Assembly (NCBI GenBank): GCA_002245135.1
Contig: NGBS01000292.1
Span: forward strand, 310,001-374,000
Length of the DNA: 64,000 bases
Direction of reading: 5' to 3'
Source of the DNA: Proteromonas lacertae
Lineage: Eukaryota
Positions 1 through 12,494 of the stretch are shown here, one piece after another. A program made the position numbers and the translations under genes. Each line of letters begins with the position of its first letter. The first letter of the stretch is position 1. Below the pieces are notes generated by a model. The model was not told the origin of the DNA, made no database searches, and saw only the letters and a list, made by a program, of their open reading frames with translations.

Positions 1-68
1 GATTCATCATCTTTTATAACAAATAGTCATTTAAACAGTATTTAATACCTTTGATATAATTAATAGAT

Positions 69-2939
69 ATGTCATTTCACTATACTAAGCAATACTGCAA
101 GTATACAGTTGGAACAAGAATAAAGGACAATTATCCTTCTACAGCCAATGGTTTATACAATATAAAACCCTCATTGCCTTTTGGTGTTTTTCTCAACAGA
201 ATAACAGGTGTTATTAGTGGTATACCTTTATTTACACAAAAACGACAAGAATATGAAGTTGCATACACTGATACGAATGGTAATACAACAAACACACATA
301 TATTTATATCTGTGAGTAATAATAACATAAATGATGAAATAGATGAAGATATTAAAAGAAAATTATCAAGCGAAGATGACACTGAAGAGTTTATATCACT
401 ATTTGCAGGTGAAGATGCAGATATAAAAATAACCAAGTCATATATTGTGAATATGTCCAAGATAGACAAACCAATTTTAAATTTTCATTCATTTTATAGT
501 TTAACCAATCAAAACCCATCATTATCTCCAGCAATAATAACCATTATATGTGATAGAAATCAAAATTTTCAGTTATTTGGTGATTTGAAGAATGTTTACA
601 TTGCAAATGTTTATTTCAATATTTATACATCAGATGAAAGTGAATCTCCAGAAATTCTATTAAATGGAATAATCAAGTCAATAGAAAACTCTTATTTATA
701 TAATGTACATATATCTATACAAAATATAGAGAATAAAGAGATTATATTGATTTGTAATGATAGTTTAAATAGTTATTGTGGTTTATTAAGTAGTAATATA
801 ACCAATTCTACGCTGTTCCATATCGGATTTATAAATGGCAATAATCTAATAATCAAAGCATCAGCTAGTAATAATAAGATTGGTTTATTAATTGGAAATA
901 TTGATAGTTCAAATTGTTATGGTTGTTTTATCAATAGTAATAATGACAAATCGATTAAAATAGACAACACGAATAGTCAATATGATTTTTCAATTGGTTT
1001 GTTGATAGTTAATAGTGTAAATAGTAATTTCATGTATTCATTTGTGAATATTGATATATTTATTTATAATAATAATAACCAACAACAGAATAGTATTAGT
1101 TTATTTATTAATAGAATGAATGGAATAGATAGTAGAATAACCAATAGTTTTGTGTTAATAAGAAGTGAATTATTGATTGAGAATGTTGATTTTAGTGGAT
1201 TTATTTATTCAAATGATTGTAATGATCTGAATATAAAAGATAGTTATGTAGAATTACATGGAATTATGATTAGTAAAGAAAGTTCGTTTATAACAAGTGG
1301 TTTTATATACAATAGTAATGGAAAATCAATAACAATGACAGATACATTTATAAAGTTATGCTTTGAAGAAAGTAGTTATAATTTTGATTATTATTTGTTC
1401 AATTATGTTAGAAAGAGTGTATTGAATATGAAGAATTGTTTATTCTACATAAATCGTAATACAGTTGTTGATATTTCAGGTGCAAATAGTATTAGTAGAA
1501 ACATAGAAAGTAGTTATTATATTACACCAAAGAATAATACAATTGAAAGTAATTCAATAACAGAAATAAAGAACATAAAAGAATGTAGTGAATTACCAAA
1601 TGGATTTGATTTATTAGATGCTATTAATAGAGATTTTTCAACGATTTATAACAAAGAAATGTCTTTCTTTGACGTTTCAAAGAAACAAATTAATGATATT
1701 ACTTCAACTATAAATGGAAATTCTTTTCTTTCAGTAGATATTGAGTTTATAAAATTGAACAAGGTATTGTATAGTAATTTATATGGGAATATATTCACTA
1801 TTTATCACAATATTCCAGAAAGGATATATAACAATGAAAATAAAGACATAGTGAAATTATATAATATGAATATTACTATAAAATATCCATCAGAATCAAA
1901 TATAGTTGGGAAAATAGATAGTTGTATATTGTTTGATGAGAAAATAGATGAGATTTTTACTGAATATTCCATACTAATAAACATATCAAAATGTATAGAT
2001 ATAAAGTCAATTGAAGAGAATTATAAGAAATATGAAATAATTGTATCATCAAATTACAAAATCAGTTTAGAAATATGTATGAATGAAACTCCAATTCCAA
2101 TCACCGCAACTTTACCAACTACTCATATTCCCACAACAACAACACCTCCTCCAATTACAGCTACACCAACTTTCACTACAATTCCAACAAACCTACAAAC
2201 AACAAATCCAGATGTAGAAACTGCATCTATTATACTTGAATTAAGAATAAGTAATTTAACAGTAAATGAAAATAATGAAAATGATGTAAATTACATTTTA
2301 TTACAATCAATTATTCAGTTATATAAAGACAATGGAATTGAATTGATAGAGAATAATATCAAAATAGAAATTAAGAAGAGAAGAAGGTTATTGTTATTGT
2401 TAAGAAAGCAAAAATCTGATATAACAACTGTAAATGTAGTAGTTGCAGTAGAAGAATCTTTATTTGATGAATTAGTTAGAATTAGTAGTAAAGTATCACA
2501 CAATAATATATTGTTGTATGATATTCTTACATCAATTAAAACAGAAAATGAAAATCCATTTAAATATACAGAGTTAGAAGTTAATTACTTAATACCAACA
2601 ATAATACCAACAACAGCAACACCAAATCCAACAGTAAAACCAACAACAATTATAACAACAACAACAAAATTAGAAACTACAGAGGATAATAATAGTGATA
2701 ATGTTGGTGAAATAAATTCAGGTATTGTTGCATTGGTTGTAATAATAGTAGTTGTAGTTATTATAATTATTATAGTTGGATTGTTATTACAGATTTATAA
2801 ACAGAAATTTCAAAAGAAAAGAGAAGAAAATGATGATGAATTAGAGAAAAAAAGTAGAGAAGAGAAAAAGTTGAAGAAATTGATGAATAGAGAGAAAAGT
2901 AGAGCTTCAATAGAATTAACAAGAAATAATCCAATATAA
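69..2939 (+). CDS. Single-pass membrane/surface protein: N-terminal He_PIG (putative Ig)-like motif, Thr/Pro-rich stalks, C-terminal TM and basic tail
   Basis: 956-aa ORF; PSLPFGVFLNRITGVISGIP He_PIG-type motif; TTTPPP/TTTT tracts; hydrophobic GIVALVVIIVVVVIIIIIVGLLL followed by K/R-rich tail. Confidence 0.7.
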   Translation: MSFHYTKQYCKYTVGTRIKDNYPSTANGLYNIKPSLPFGVFLNRITGVISGIPLFTQKRQEYEVAYTDTNGNTTNTHIFISVSNNNINDEIDEDIKRKLSSEDDTEEFISLFAGEDADIKITKSYIVNMSKIDKPILNFHSFYSLTNQNPSLSPAIITIICDRNQNFQLFGDLKNVYIANVYFNIYTSDESESPEILLNGIIKSIENSYLYNVHISIQNIENKEIILICNDSLNSYCGLLSSNITNSTLFHIGFINGNNLIIKASASNNKIGLLIGNIDSSNCYGCFINSNNDKSIKIDNTNSQYDFSIGLLIVNSVNSNFMYSFVNIDIFIYNNNNQQQNSISLFINRMNGIDSRITNSFVLIRSELLIENVDFSGFIYSNDCNDLNIKDSYVELHGIMISKESSFITSGFIYNSNGKSITMTDTFIKLCFEESSYNFDYYLFNYVRKSVLNMKNCLFYINRNTVVDISGANSISRNIESSYYITPKNNTIESNSITEIKNIKECSELPNGFDLLDAINRDFSTIYNKEMSFFDVSKKQINDITSTINGNSFLSVDIEFIKLNKVLYSNLYGNIFTIYHNIPERIYNNENKDIVKLYNMNITIKYPSESNIVGKIDSCILFDEKIDEIFTEYSILINISKCIDIKSIEENYKKYEIIVSSNYKISLEICMNETPIPITATLPTTHIPTTTTPPPITATPTFTTIPTNLQTTNPDVETASIILELRISNLTVNENNENDVNYILLQSIIQLYKDNGIELIENNIKIEIKKRRRLLLLLRKQKSDITTVNVVVAVEESLFDELVRISSKVSHNNILLYDILTSIKTENENPFKYTELEVNYLIPTIIPTTATPNPTVKPTTIITTTTKLETTEDNNSDNVGEINSGIVALVVIIVVVVIIIIIVGLLLQIYKQKFQKKREENDDELEKKSREEKKLKKLMNREKSRASIELTRNNPI

Positions 2940-2977
2940 TAATAATAATTTGTATTTTGTTAATGTTTTTTAATTAT

Positions 2978-5058
2978 TTAATGAAGATAATTATTTATTT
3001 TGAAATTATACTCTTCAATATTTCCATAAATAGTTGCTCCATAAGCAACAATTTTTTCTGAATTACAACAACTACTATCTACTCTATTAAATTTATAGTT
3101 CAACATTTTTTTTATTCTTGGTATTCTTGATGATCCACCAGAAAGGATAACAAAATCAATATCATTACATGATAATTTACATTTCTTTAAAACACTATCT
3201 ACCATATTCATTGTTTTATCGAAAATATTAATACAGATACCTTCAAATTTTGCTCTTGTTAAATAGCAATCAACATCATCATAAAACAATTCACATTCTT
3301 CAAATGAACTTATTTCATATTTTGCATATTCACATTCTTTTTTAAGTCTTGATATACGTTTTGTGTTCAATTTATCTCTAGATATTCCTGTTATATTTTC
3401 ATACTCTCCTAAAAAGTAATCTACCAACACATCATCAATATCATCTCCTCCTAATTTTAAATCATACTCATATCCAATAATATTTATCATTTTATTATCA
3501 AAATCAACACAGCATATCGTTACATCAAATCGACTTTTTGTGAAATTATATATCAAAAAATAATTTTTGTTTGTCATCTCATATTGTCTATTATAATATA
3601 AATATCCAATTACAGCTGCAACTGGCTCTGGAATTGATGAGATTACTTCCATTCCTGCTTTTTCACAAGCTATTTTTGTTTCTACTTTTTGCTTTTCTGT
3701 AAAATACAATGGATATGATATTACTGCCTTAGAATATTCTGTTTCATAAATTGACCATCTAGTTTCTCTTTTCATCTCTTTTATAATCTCGGAAGTAATA
3801 TCAGCTGCAGTTAAATATATTGTTTTCTTATTATGTTGTAATTCAACTTTTGGAATTCCATTATCATTAATAACTTTGAAAGGCCATTTCTTTATTCCTT
3901 CTTGAACAACTTCATCATCATATGATAAGCCAATAAACTTTTGAGAATCATAAATTGCACCTTTATAAAATGATACACTTTCACCAACAATAGTACTATC
4001 AGAATCAGGACTGCAATATACATAATTTGATATATTACTATTATAATCATATAATAAATGTAAGGTTTCTATTCCACTATATCTATATATCCCCCATTTT
4101 GAACTGGAAATTCCAATATCTATTCCTAATGTTTTATTGTCATATACAAAATTAGGGATTATATCTTCCACAAATGGAATACTGGAAATGGATTGTTCAT
4201 CATGCATATCTATAATATGATAATAAAAACAATTTTAATACTAATTATTTCATCCATTAAATCATTTATTGATACTCTATTTTCACTTTCTATACATATC
4301 ATTTTTCTTATTAATTCATTTAATATTTCAGAATATTCACATTCTAATTTATTATATTCACAGTTCAGTATCTTTTCATGTATTTCAAATATTGATTTAC
4401 CTTCAAATATATGGTTGTTTGTTAATAAGTAATACAATATACATCCTATACTCCAAATGTCACTTTTACTACTTATTTCTTTGTTCTCCAATATTTCAGG
4501 ACTCATATACACTACTTTATCTTTTGTTAAATTCATTATATCTCTGTTATTTCTGTATAATTCAATCTTACAATAATCACTTATTTTAATCTCATTTTCA
4601 TCATCCATCAATATATTGTATAGATTTAGATTCCCATTTATTAAATCATTTTCATGCAATTTCAATATACCTTTACATATTGGCATGATTACTTTAAACA
4701 CACCTCCTTCAAAAAAGTAATTAACTGGATCTTTAATATCATGTAAAGATTTACTGTATTGCGGCATAACTAAAATTATTTGATTGTCGTCATGAACGAT
4801 ATCATAATATTCTATAAGGTAATAACACTTGCAATTCTGAATTACTTGAATAGTATTGCAATAGCGTTCAACATCTTTATAATTCAGTGAATTAGTATTT
4901 ATAATTTTCATAATTTCAACTTTTCTATTCTCTATGTTAAGTATTTGATACAAATTGTTAGCAACACACTTTTTAATCTAATGCATCGTACATTTAATAT
5001 ATACATTGTACTTATCAGCATTTGAGATGGTTATAGGGATAAATAACTTGTCAGACAT
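2978..5058 (-). CDS. Pseudokinase-Hsp70 nucleotide-binding-domain fusion protein, copy 1 (3 exons)
   Basis: ATG at 5058. GT-AG introns at 4978-5004 and 4210-4241 join the kinase ORF (YMSPE, KSDIWSIGC) in frame to the Hsp70-like ORF (GIDIG, KWPFKV, IPEPVAA, LGGDDID, LSGGSSRIP). Confidence 0.85.
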
Positions 5059-5131
5059 TCAAAAACAAGAAAATAACAACAGTAATTTACACTTGTAATT
5101 TACACTTCAAAAATAGGAATAAAAATAAAAA

Positions 5132-6132
5132 CTAAATATAATAGATATTATCTAAATCATGTTGTTTAAATATATTTACTGAAACACCAGCTGCTTTTCG
5201 AATATTTATTATTTCACTATTAGTTGCTGGAATGCATTTCTATATTTATATCAACACAATAATATATTAAATACTCTGGAAGATGCCATTAGTCTTTTTT
5301 TATCATCAGAAACTACTTGAGTAGGAAGAGTGACTGGTAAATCCGAAATTAAATGATAAATTAAGAAAATCTATTGTACATACACAATAAATAAATAAAA
5401 CAAAAAATGATATAAAATCTATATATTTCTACTCTTTTAGCAGGTCTTTCTTCATCACTTCCATCTCTTTTTCGTTTCTTTTGTCTATTTGTAAATATCT
5501 AAATCATAAATATTTATATTATTTTATACTCCTATTTCTTGTTGTGATTTATAATTCTCATCAATTATCTGTTGTTTCAATGATTCTATTTCATTTAATC
5601 TTTCTTCTTTTAGTTTATTTATTGATTCTTTTTCTTTTTCTATTATTTTTTGAAGTTTCTGTTCTTCTTCTAATCGTTTTTCTCTATTCTTTGATATTTG
5701 GAATTGATTTTCCTTTTCATATTCTTTTATTTCATTGATTATGTCTAAATTATTCTCATAGAGCCCTGTTACTAAATCTTCAATGTGTTCCAAGTAATTG
5801 TCATATTCTCTTGCAGTTTTAAAATCGTTTTCTTTTTTGTTATAAATTGATAGTACTCTTTTCCTTAATTCTATTAATTTGTCTATTTTCCTTCGTTCTG
5901 GTGACTTTTCTAACAATTCACTGTTAACTACAAATTTATCGCAAATGGGACATTTAGAATCCTTTTTATCAAATAGACGACCTTTACAAATTTCACAACT
6001 ATAGGTGCAATAGCAAAGATAAGAAAAATACAAATAATGACCACATGCAGTACTATAATATCTTGGCTTAGATATACCTTTGTTTGTATTGTTACATGAT
6101 TGACAAACTGGATCGTCTATGTCAATACTCAT
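5132..6132 (-). CDS. MNAT1: CDK-activating kinase assembly factor MAT1 (spliced)
   Basis: N-terminal RING (CQSC...CGH...CEIC...CPIC) then LRKRVLSIYNKKENDF..REYDNYLEHIEDLV, the MAT1 signature; C-terminal RKAAG. Confidence 0.85.
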
Positions 6133-6192
6133 TGAGAAAAAACGAAAAATCAATAGATCAAGCTTTTATCAAGCTCAATAAAACTTGAAATA

Positions 6193-8011
6193 ATGTTTAA
6201 AGAAGTAGATAAGGAAGTAGAATTATACAGATGCGTATATTTAATTATTATAGTGGTAGGGTAAAAAGAGTAATATTAAAGATGTGTGTAGAAAAGGAAT
6301 TCCTGATAATTTAAGTATTCAAACAAAATAATAATATAGGGAAAACTGTTTGGCCAACACTATTGTCACCAGAAGTGGATATCTTGGAACGATCAAAATT
6401 GAAGTATGAAGATATGCTTAAAACCGTAGAAGAAGGTAATTGTTTAGATTACGATGATGTATATAGTGATAATTTATTTAATAGATACCTTGCTTTGCAA
6501 TAATAGAATATGAAGAAGATCCTTTTACAGATTATCCCTTTTCCGATTCAACAAAACAACTATTATGTCTATTAGGATATGAGTTAGATTTAGTTCATTG
6601 TCCATTTATAAAATCACTTGTTTTTATTCTATTAAATTACTATGAAGAACATGAAATATATCATGTATTAATATGTTATGTTTATTATTTATAGATTATT
6701 GAATTTATAATATCAAAATCGATATTAGAATCACGTGAAGGTTATATTCCAGTAAATAAGAGACAATTTGATTGTTTTCTATATACTTTTGATAAACTGA
6801 TGGAAAAATGTATTTTCATTATTTTAATATAATTTAGATGTTTCAAAAGTTTATAAATATTTTCATTCTCTTAAAGATTATTCACCATTTATATTCTCAC
6901 GAATATTCAGTGAATTATTTATATCAATTTTACCACTTCCGTTATGCTTAAAAATATTTGATTCATTTCTTTTAGAAGGATATAAAGTATAATGAACATA
7001 CTATTTTCAATAGATATTATATAGATATGGAATTGCTTTATTAGAACGATTATTCGATTATTTCCAATTTTCTATGAATATAAAAGATTGTATTCAACAA
7101 ATATATAATAAAAAGATAATATTTGAAGATGAGAAAGAACAAATAAAGCTATCAAAATCTGCATTTTCATTATTGTATATATATATATATATATAATCTA
7201 TTTTTTTAATTGTTATTATTATTATTTTAATATAAAAATAGTCGATTTAGCAGTAATAATATAGGAAATATATTGAATGAATATAATGACAAGTATTTAG
7301 AGAATAGTAAAGATAGAAATGAATTATTATATATGAGATTATTAAATCATACACCACCAGTATATAATATATATTTAACTATTATTTTTAAATAGATTTT
7401 CTTTCCAGATACTACTACTACTACTAAGACGTCACACTTATTATCCCATCGATTATTTCGTATTATAAGAGCTTCTTTTCCTGAAACTATTCAATATAAT
7501 ATCTCTGAATTAATATACTCTACTCAAATACATGGTTATAATATGGAAACTCTATTTCAGATAGCTAAAACAAGATCACATTTGTTGTTATTAATAAAAT
7601 GTCAAGATTCGAATGAGATTATTGGATATTATTCAAGTTTGCCGTATAAAGATAAAGTAACAGAAGGGTTACATATATTGTATTGCATTCATACAAAAAC
7701 ACTGGATATTGATGAATATATCCTTTTTTAAAAAATAGTTTATATAGTGAATAAGTATTTTTTAATCTAATATTCTTGTAAATCATGCAGAAATGGGATG
7801 TTCTCAAAAGATGTATATAATATTTAGAAATCAGATGTTTTTGTTTGGCTTGGGTGATGTTGGCAATCCAGCATTATCAATAACACCCAATATGAATGAG
7901 TTGGTGGTGAATAACAGCGATTTGTTTTTAAATCCTTTATTTATTGATCCTCCACAGAAAACAATTTATTTATTGGAATTATACTCAATGGATATACAGG
8001 AAGCTTATTAA
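6193..8011 (+). CDS. TBC (Rab-GAP) + TLDc domain protein, TBC1D24-like, multi-exon
   Basis: KDVCRKGIPDNL..VWPTLL and KIFDSFLLEGYK (TBC); LIYSTQIHGYNMETLF, LLLIK..IIGYYS, FGLGDVGNPALSI (TLDc). Confidence 0.7.
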
Positions 8012-8229
8012 TTTGTAAATTTATGTTGTGTGTGTTATTTATGGGAATATATAAATAATTAGTGTGATAATAGTCAGTTACCCGGATATAACATCAAAAA
8101 TTATGCATATTCCATCTAAATATATCTAAGATATGTGTAACTGTCTATGTCACATGATGTAAGAATTTTGAAACGAATATTTTTTTGTAACACGATATTT
8201 TTTTTCAATTTTTGATAAACTGATGATTG

Positions 8230-9295
8230 ATGAGGAATAAGTCACAAAAATTCAGTGCAGATAACTACTGCTTAGGTGCAGTAGTGAGATTAACGATATA
8301 TGAATATCTAGAACCTTCTGATAAAGTGAATTGTTGTATGATGTTTACATCTTAATAAAATAAAATAGCGATGGTGTGCAAAATATGGAATGAAGATTTT
8401 GAAGGTGATAATATATGGAAAGATTTCTGTCATGAAGTATTACAAAAATGTTGTTTGATAAAATAGATTGGTATTTCAACCAAAATATTCGATGGAATGG
8501 TATGGAAAGACATTTATTTTTTCTCGATATATCATGGATTTAACACACTGTATTTGAATTAGTTTGATTTTTAGAAAACTGATATACAATGATGAAGTAT
8601 CTGAAGTAGAAAGAAGAAATACAAAACCCATATGTTCATTATTGAAGAATATATCATTCAAACCGTATATATCTAAACAAATTCTAAAATTACTTAGAAA
8701 AGAGAAATACACAGGTGTAATGTTGAGTTTAGGAAGTGATGGCAAAACCACAATATTCTGTAATTGGCTTCATTTATATTCATCTATTATTCCATCTGAT
8801 GGTTTTACACATGTTTCAATAAAAAGAAAGAATACTGTCTTTTCATTATTAGTTGGTTCTTCGGCATCTTATCAGTATAATTATATTATTTATTTATTAA
8901 TATATAATAATAGTCGTAATAGAGTATCTTGGTTCAATACATCAACAGCAAATCCATTTATTAATATAATGATATGGGTTGTTTCTAGTAATTATCCAGC
9001 TAAATCAAGATATTATTTTGAATCTCATTATTGGTTAAATCAAGTATTATTAACTTTACCAGAAAGAATTCCAATATTGATAATATCTACAAAAAATGTA
9101 TTATTATTATTATTATTATTTAAATAGGATTTAGAAGAATCTTTGCCTCCATATCATTTAGCAAAGATATTAGGATTATTACATTTGAAACGAAGATGGT
9201 ATATAATCTGTGCAAATCCGTCAACAGGAGGTGGATGTGAATATATCTGGAGATGGATTTATGAAAATCGATATCATCCTCCAAAATTCGAATAG
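8230..9295 (+). CDS. F-box + degenerate Arf-like small GTPase domain protein, multi-exon
   Basis: TIYEYLEPSDKVNCSMVCKIWN..IWKDFC (F-box); GVMLSLGSDGKTTI P-loop; IPILIISTKND (G4); LGLLHLKRRWYIICANPSTGGG..IWRWI (Arf C-terminus). Confidence 0.65.
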
Positions 9296-9447
9296 TTATT
9301 TTTGTACATGTTATTTATCATTTTTGTATAATAATAATTGTATAGTAAAATTCCGTAAGTAGATATTTTTTTAATACTCTTTTTCTTCTTTTTATTTTTA
9401 ATATGTGTATATTTGTAAGGGGATTAAAAATAAATAAATACATAAAA

Positions 9448-9933
9448 TTATGTTGTTAATTTGGTGATTAATTCTTTTGATTTCTTATCTTTTGCATATT
9501 TCTCTAATAATTCATTTCCATCACATAGCTCAAAGTCTTCATAATCAAATCCTGGAGTTACTGTACATCCAACTAAACTATATCCTTTACTTGGCTTTGG
9601 AATGTAAGAACCAAACCAGTGTCCTCTCTTTACCATATATTGAGGTAATACATTACCAAGAATAGTTTCATTTATTTCACCACTCTCTTTATCGATTTCT
9701 ACAACTGATATATTATCACCTTCATAAAAATGCCACATTTCATCACTTTTCAAACGATGCATATGTGATGGTGATTTATCAGTTAATAAAAATATTATAG
9801 CTGTTGAAGCTGGTCTAATTCCATGTGATGTTTCTATTCTCTCTTTTGAAAAGTAGGTTTGGTTAAAATATCCTCCCTCTGGGTGTTTTTCTAAACTATA
9901 TTTATGTATTAACTCTTCTATTCGATTATTCAT
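9448..9933 (-). CDS. Cupin_5 (DUF985/YML079W-like) cupin protein
   Basis: LEKHPEGGYF, STAIIFLL, SHMHRLKSDEMWHFYEG, LVGCTVTPGFDYEDFEL. Confidence 0.9.
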   Translation of the reverse strand: MNNRIEELIHKYSLEKHPEGGYFNQTYFSKERIETSHGIRPASTAIIFLLTDKSPSHMHRLKSDEMWHFYEGDNISVVEIDKESGEINETILGNVLPQYMVKRGHWFGSYIPKPSKGYSLVGCTVTPGFDYEDFELCDGNELLEKYAKDKKSKELITKLTT

Positions 9934-10046
9934 TTAAATACACAATAAATACACTCAAAATACACTTCTTTTGTATTTAATAAAACACCTCAATAAATCG
10001 AAATATATATAAAATAATAATTTATTGTTTATATTAATATATATAT

Positions 10047-12416
10047 TTATATTTCTTCTTCTTCTTTATCTACTGGTTCTCTATAAGAGTCATAATAACT
10101 ACAATCTCCTCTCGTTCCTCTTATTATACCCCTTTTATCACTATTATATCCTCCACTTGATCCGAAATATTTATCACATTTACATGTTCTGGTTGATCTA
10201 TCACAAATACCTCTATTACTACACTCATAACACTTTCTACTTCCTTCTGTATATGTCATTGTCACTTTATTATTTGTTGTAGGAGAAGTTGGAATATCAA
10301 AATCTTCATTACAAGCTGAATCGAAGGTTAATGTAATAGTTTTATCAGTATCTGTTAATGGTCCACCAGTACACTTGACATTCTTAGATAGAACTTCTAA
10401 AGCATTCAGTTTTGCTAAAATATCATCACATTGTGTAGTTTCTGTTATTTCAATTTTTATATTTTCATTGTTTATTTTTAAGTTGAACTTTACTGGATAT
10501 GTTGCACTACCAGTTATTTTAAATTCAATCTTTGGAGAATTACCTGTTACTTCATCATAAGGATCTAATCCATATACACATAATACTATTAATAAATATA
10601 ACTAATAATATATATACTTTCACTACAATTACTACCACGATAATTCTTATAGCAATTACAATCAGAATATTTTAGACTATCAACATCAGTATTACCTATT
10701 TTTAATGGATATTCTGATAATATCCCATTTCCATTACATTCCTCATTATCAATTGTTAAAAAGCTTTTTCCATCTATTATTAATATTATTAATAAAAACA
10801 AAAATTATACAATTCTCACATTCATCTCCACTAAATCCATCTTCACATAAACAATTTCCTTGTTTTATTTTACCTCGATTTGAACATACTATATTGTTAT
10901 TTGACAAGCCAAACCATTTCTTAGATCCATCAGAAATTACTTCATCACAGTTAATACCTTCTTTATCTGAATCACATTTACAATATGGTTGACATGTATG
11001 AAATTTTGAATCATCACTAGGAGAATTTGTAGTAGAAGTTGAATAGTCACATCCTTTATTATTACACGCTATAACACTATCAATTTTCTTTCTATTATTT
11101 ACTATTGTATTATATGATAATTGACAGTTTAATATTTTTATATCTCCTAATAATCCAGTATAATTATCATAATTAGTGGTGGATACTTTACAATCACAAA
11201 TACCTTTTTCTTTATTACATGAACCAATACCACTACATACTTTATTAACAACTAAATTGTCATATGTTAAAGTTTTAACAACATTATCAGATTGTGCTGC
11301 TTCAACAACTTTACCTTCATTATCAGATACTTTAACATAACTATGAGTAACTGAATAATCTGATGAAATATCATTATTATCTACTGTTTTTACAACATAT
11401 GCACTATTTATTATAATATAAATGAATTAAATATACTTATTATCAGTTACAAAATATAATACCATATATTTTGCATCACCTAATTGAGCTGCTTTTTGAT
11501 CATTTTCTATTGTAAATTCATCAGTTGGTTGAGGAGTAGCAGGCGGAGGTGTTCCTTCTGTTTTATATAATTTCACTACTACATCTTGTAATACTCCACT
11601 TGTTCTAATTAAATTTCTTATATCATTCTCTCTTAATGATTTACTCAATATAATATCTGCAAATCGACATATTGAACCAACAGAATTACCATCACAACTT
11701 GCTATTCTTATTATTATTGATTCTTTACTCGAAATAATTAAACTATCAACACTACTAGGTGAAATAACAGCCTTTCTATAATTGCCTTTATTTTCTACTC
11801 CACCAACTGGACAATTCACTATTTATATATTAATATTCAATATATTATATACCTTCACTACAATCATATCCACTAAATCCACTATCACATAAACAACCGT
11901 ATATATCAGTATTGTTAGGAATTACTTTATTATCTGCTATTTTAATTGTTGAAAATGTTGGATTACCTGTAGAATCTGTTAGAATTGTATCAATTTTCAA
12001 AAAATGTTTTGCATATTCTTCTCCATCCAAACACATTCCTCGATTATTACAAACAACATTCTTCTTCAAATTGTTATCATACACTTCTGGACATCGACTT
12101 CGACTACAATCATATCCATCAAACCCAGGACTGCATCGACATTCTCCACTCAACTCATTACAACTTCCATGACCACTACAAACTGTATATTCACCATTCC
12201 AACTCTTTCCTTCCACACATTTCCCTATTTTATTATATCTTATTTATACTTAAACTACAATCATATCCTGTATATCCCAATTCACAAACACAACGATTAT
12301 CAAAACAGGTTCCTTTTTTACTATTTTTACTATAACCATTACATATACGAACACTTATTTGGACAATCACAATATGATATGACTAAAAACATTGTCAATA
12401 GAATGATTTTATCCAT
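10047..12416 (-). CDS. Secreted tenascin-like EGF-repeat Cys-rich protein, multi-exon
   Basis: Signal-peptide-like MDKIILLTMFLVISYC; repeats CSGHGSC..CRC.PGFDGYDC, CVYGLDP, ECSNRGICDRSTRTCKC; several small GT-AG introns. Confidence 0.8.
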
Positions 12417-12494
12417 TCTTTTCAAATCTATTTTGAATAGAAAAGTTGAGATGTAATAAAAATAATTAGTTCACTTAATTCAAGTATTTTTTAA

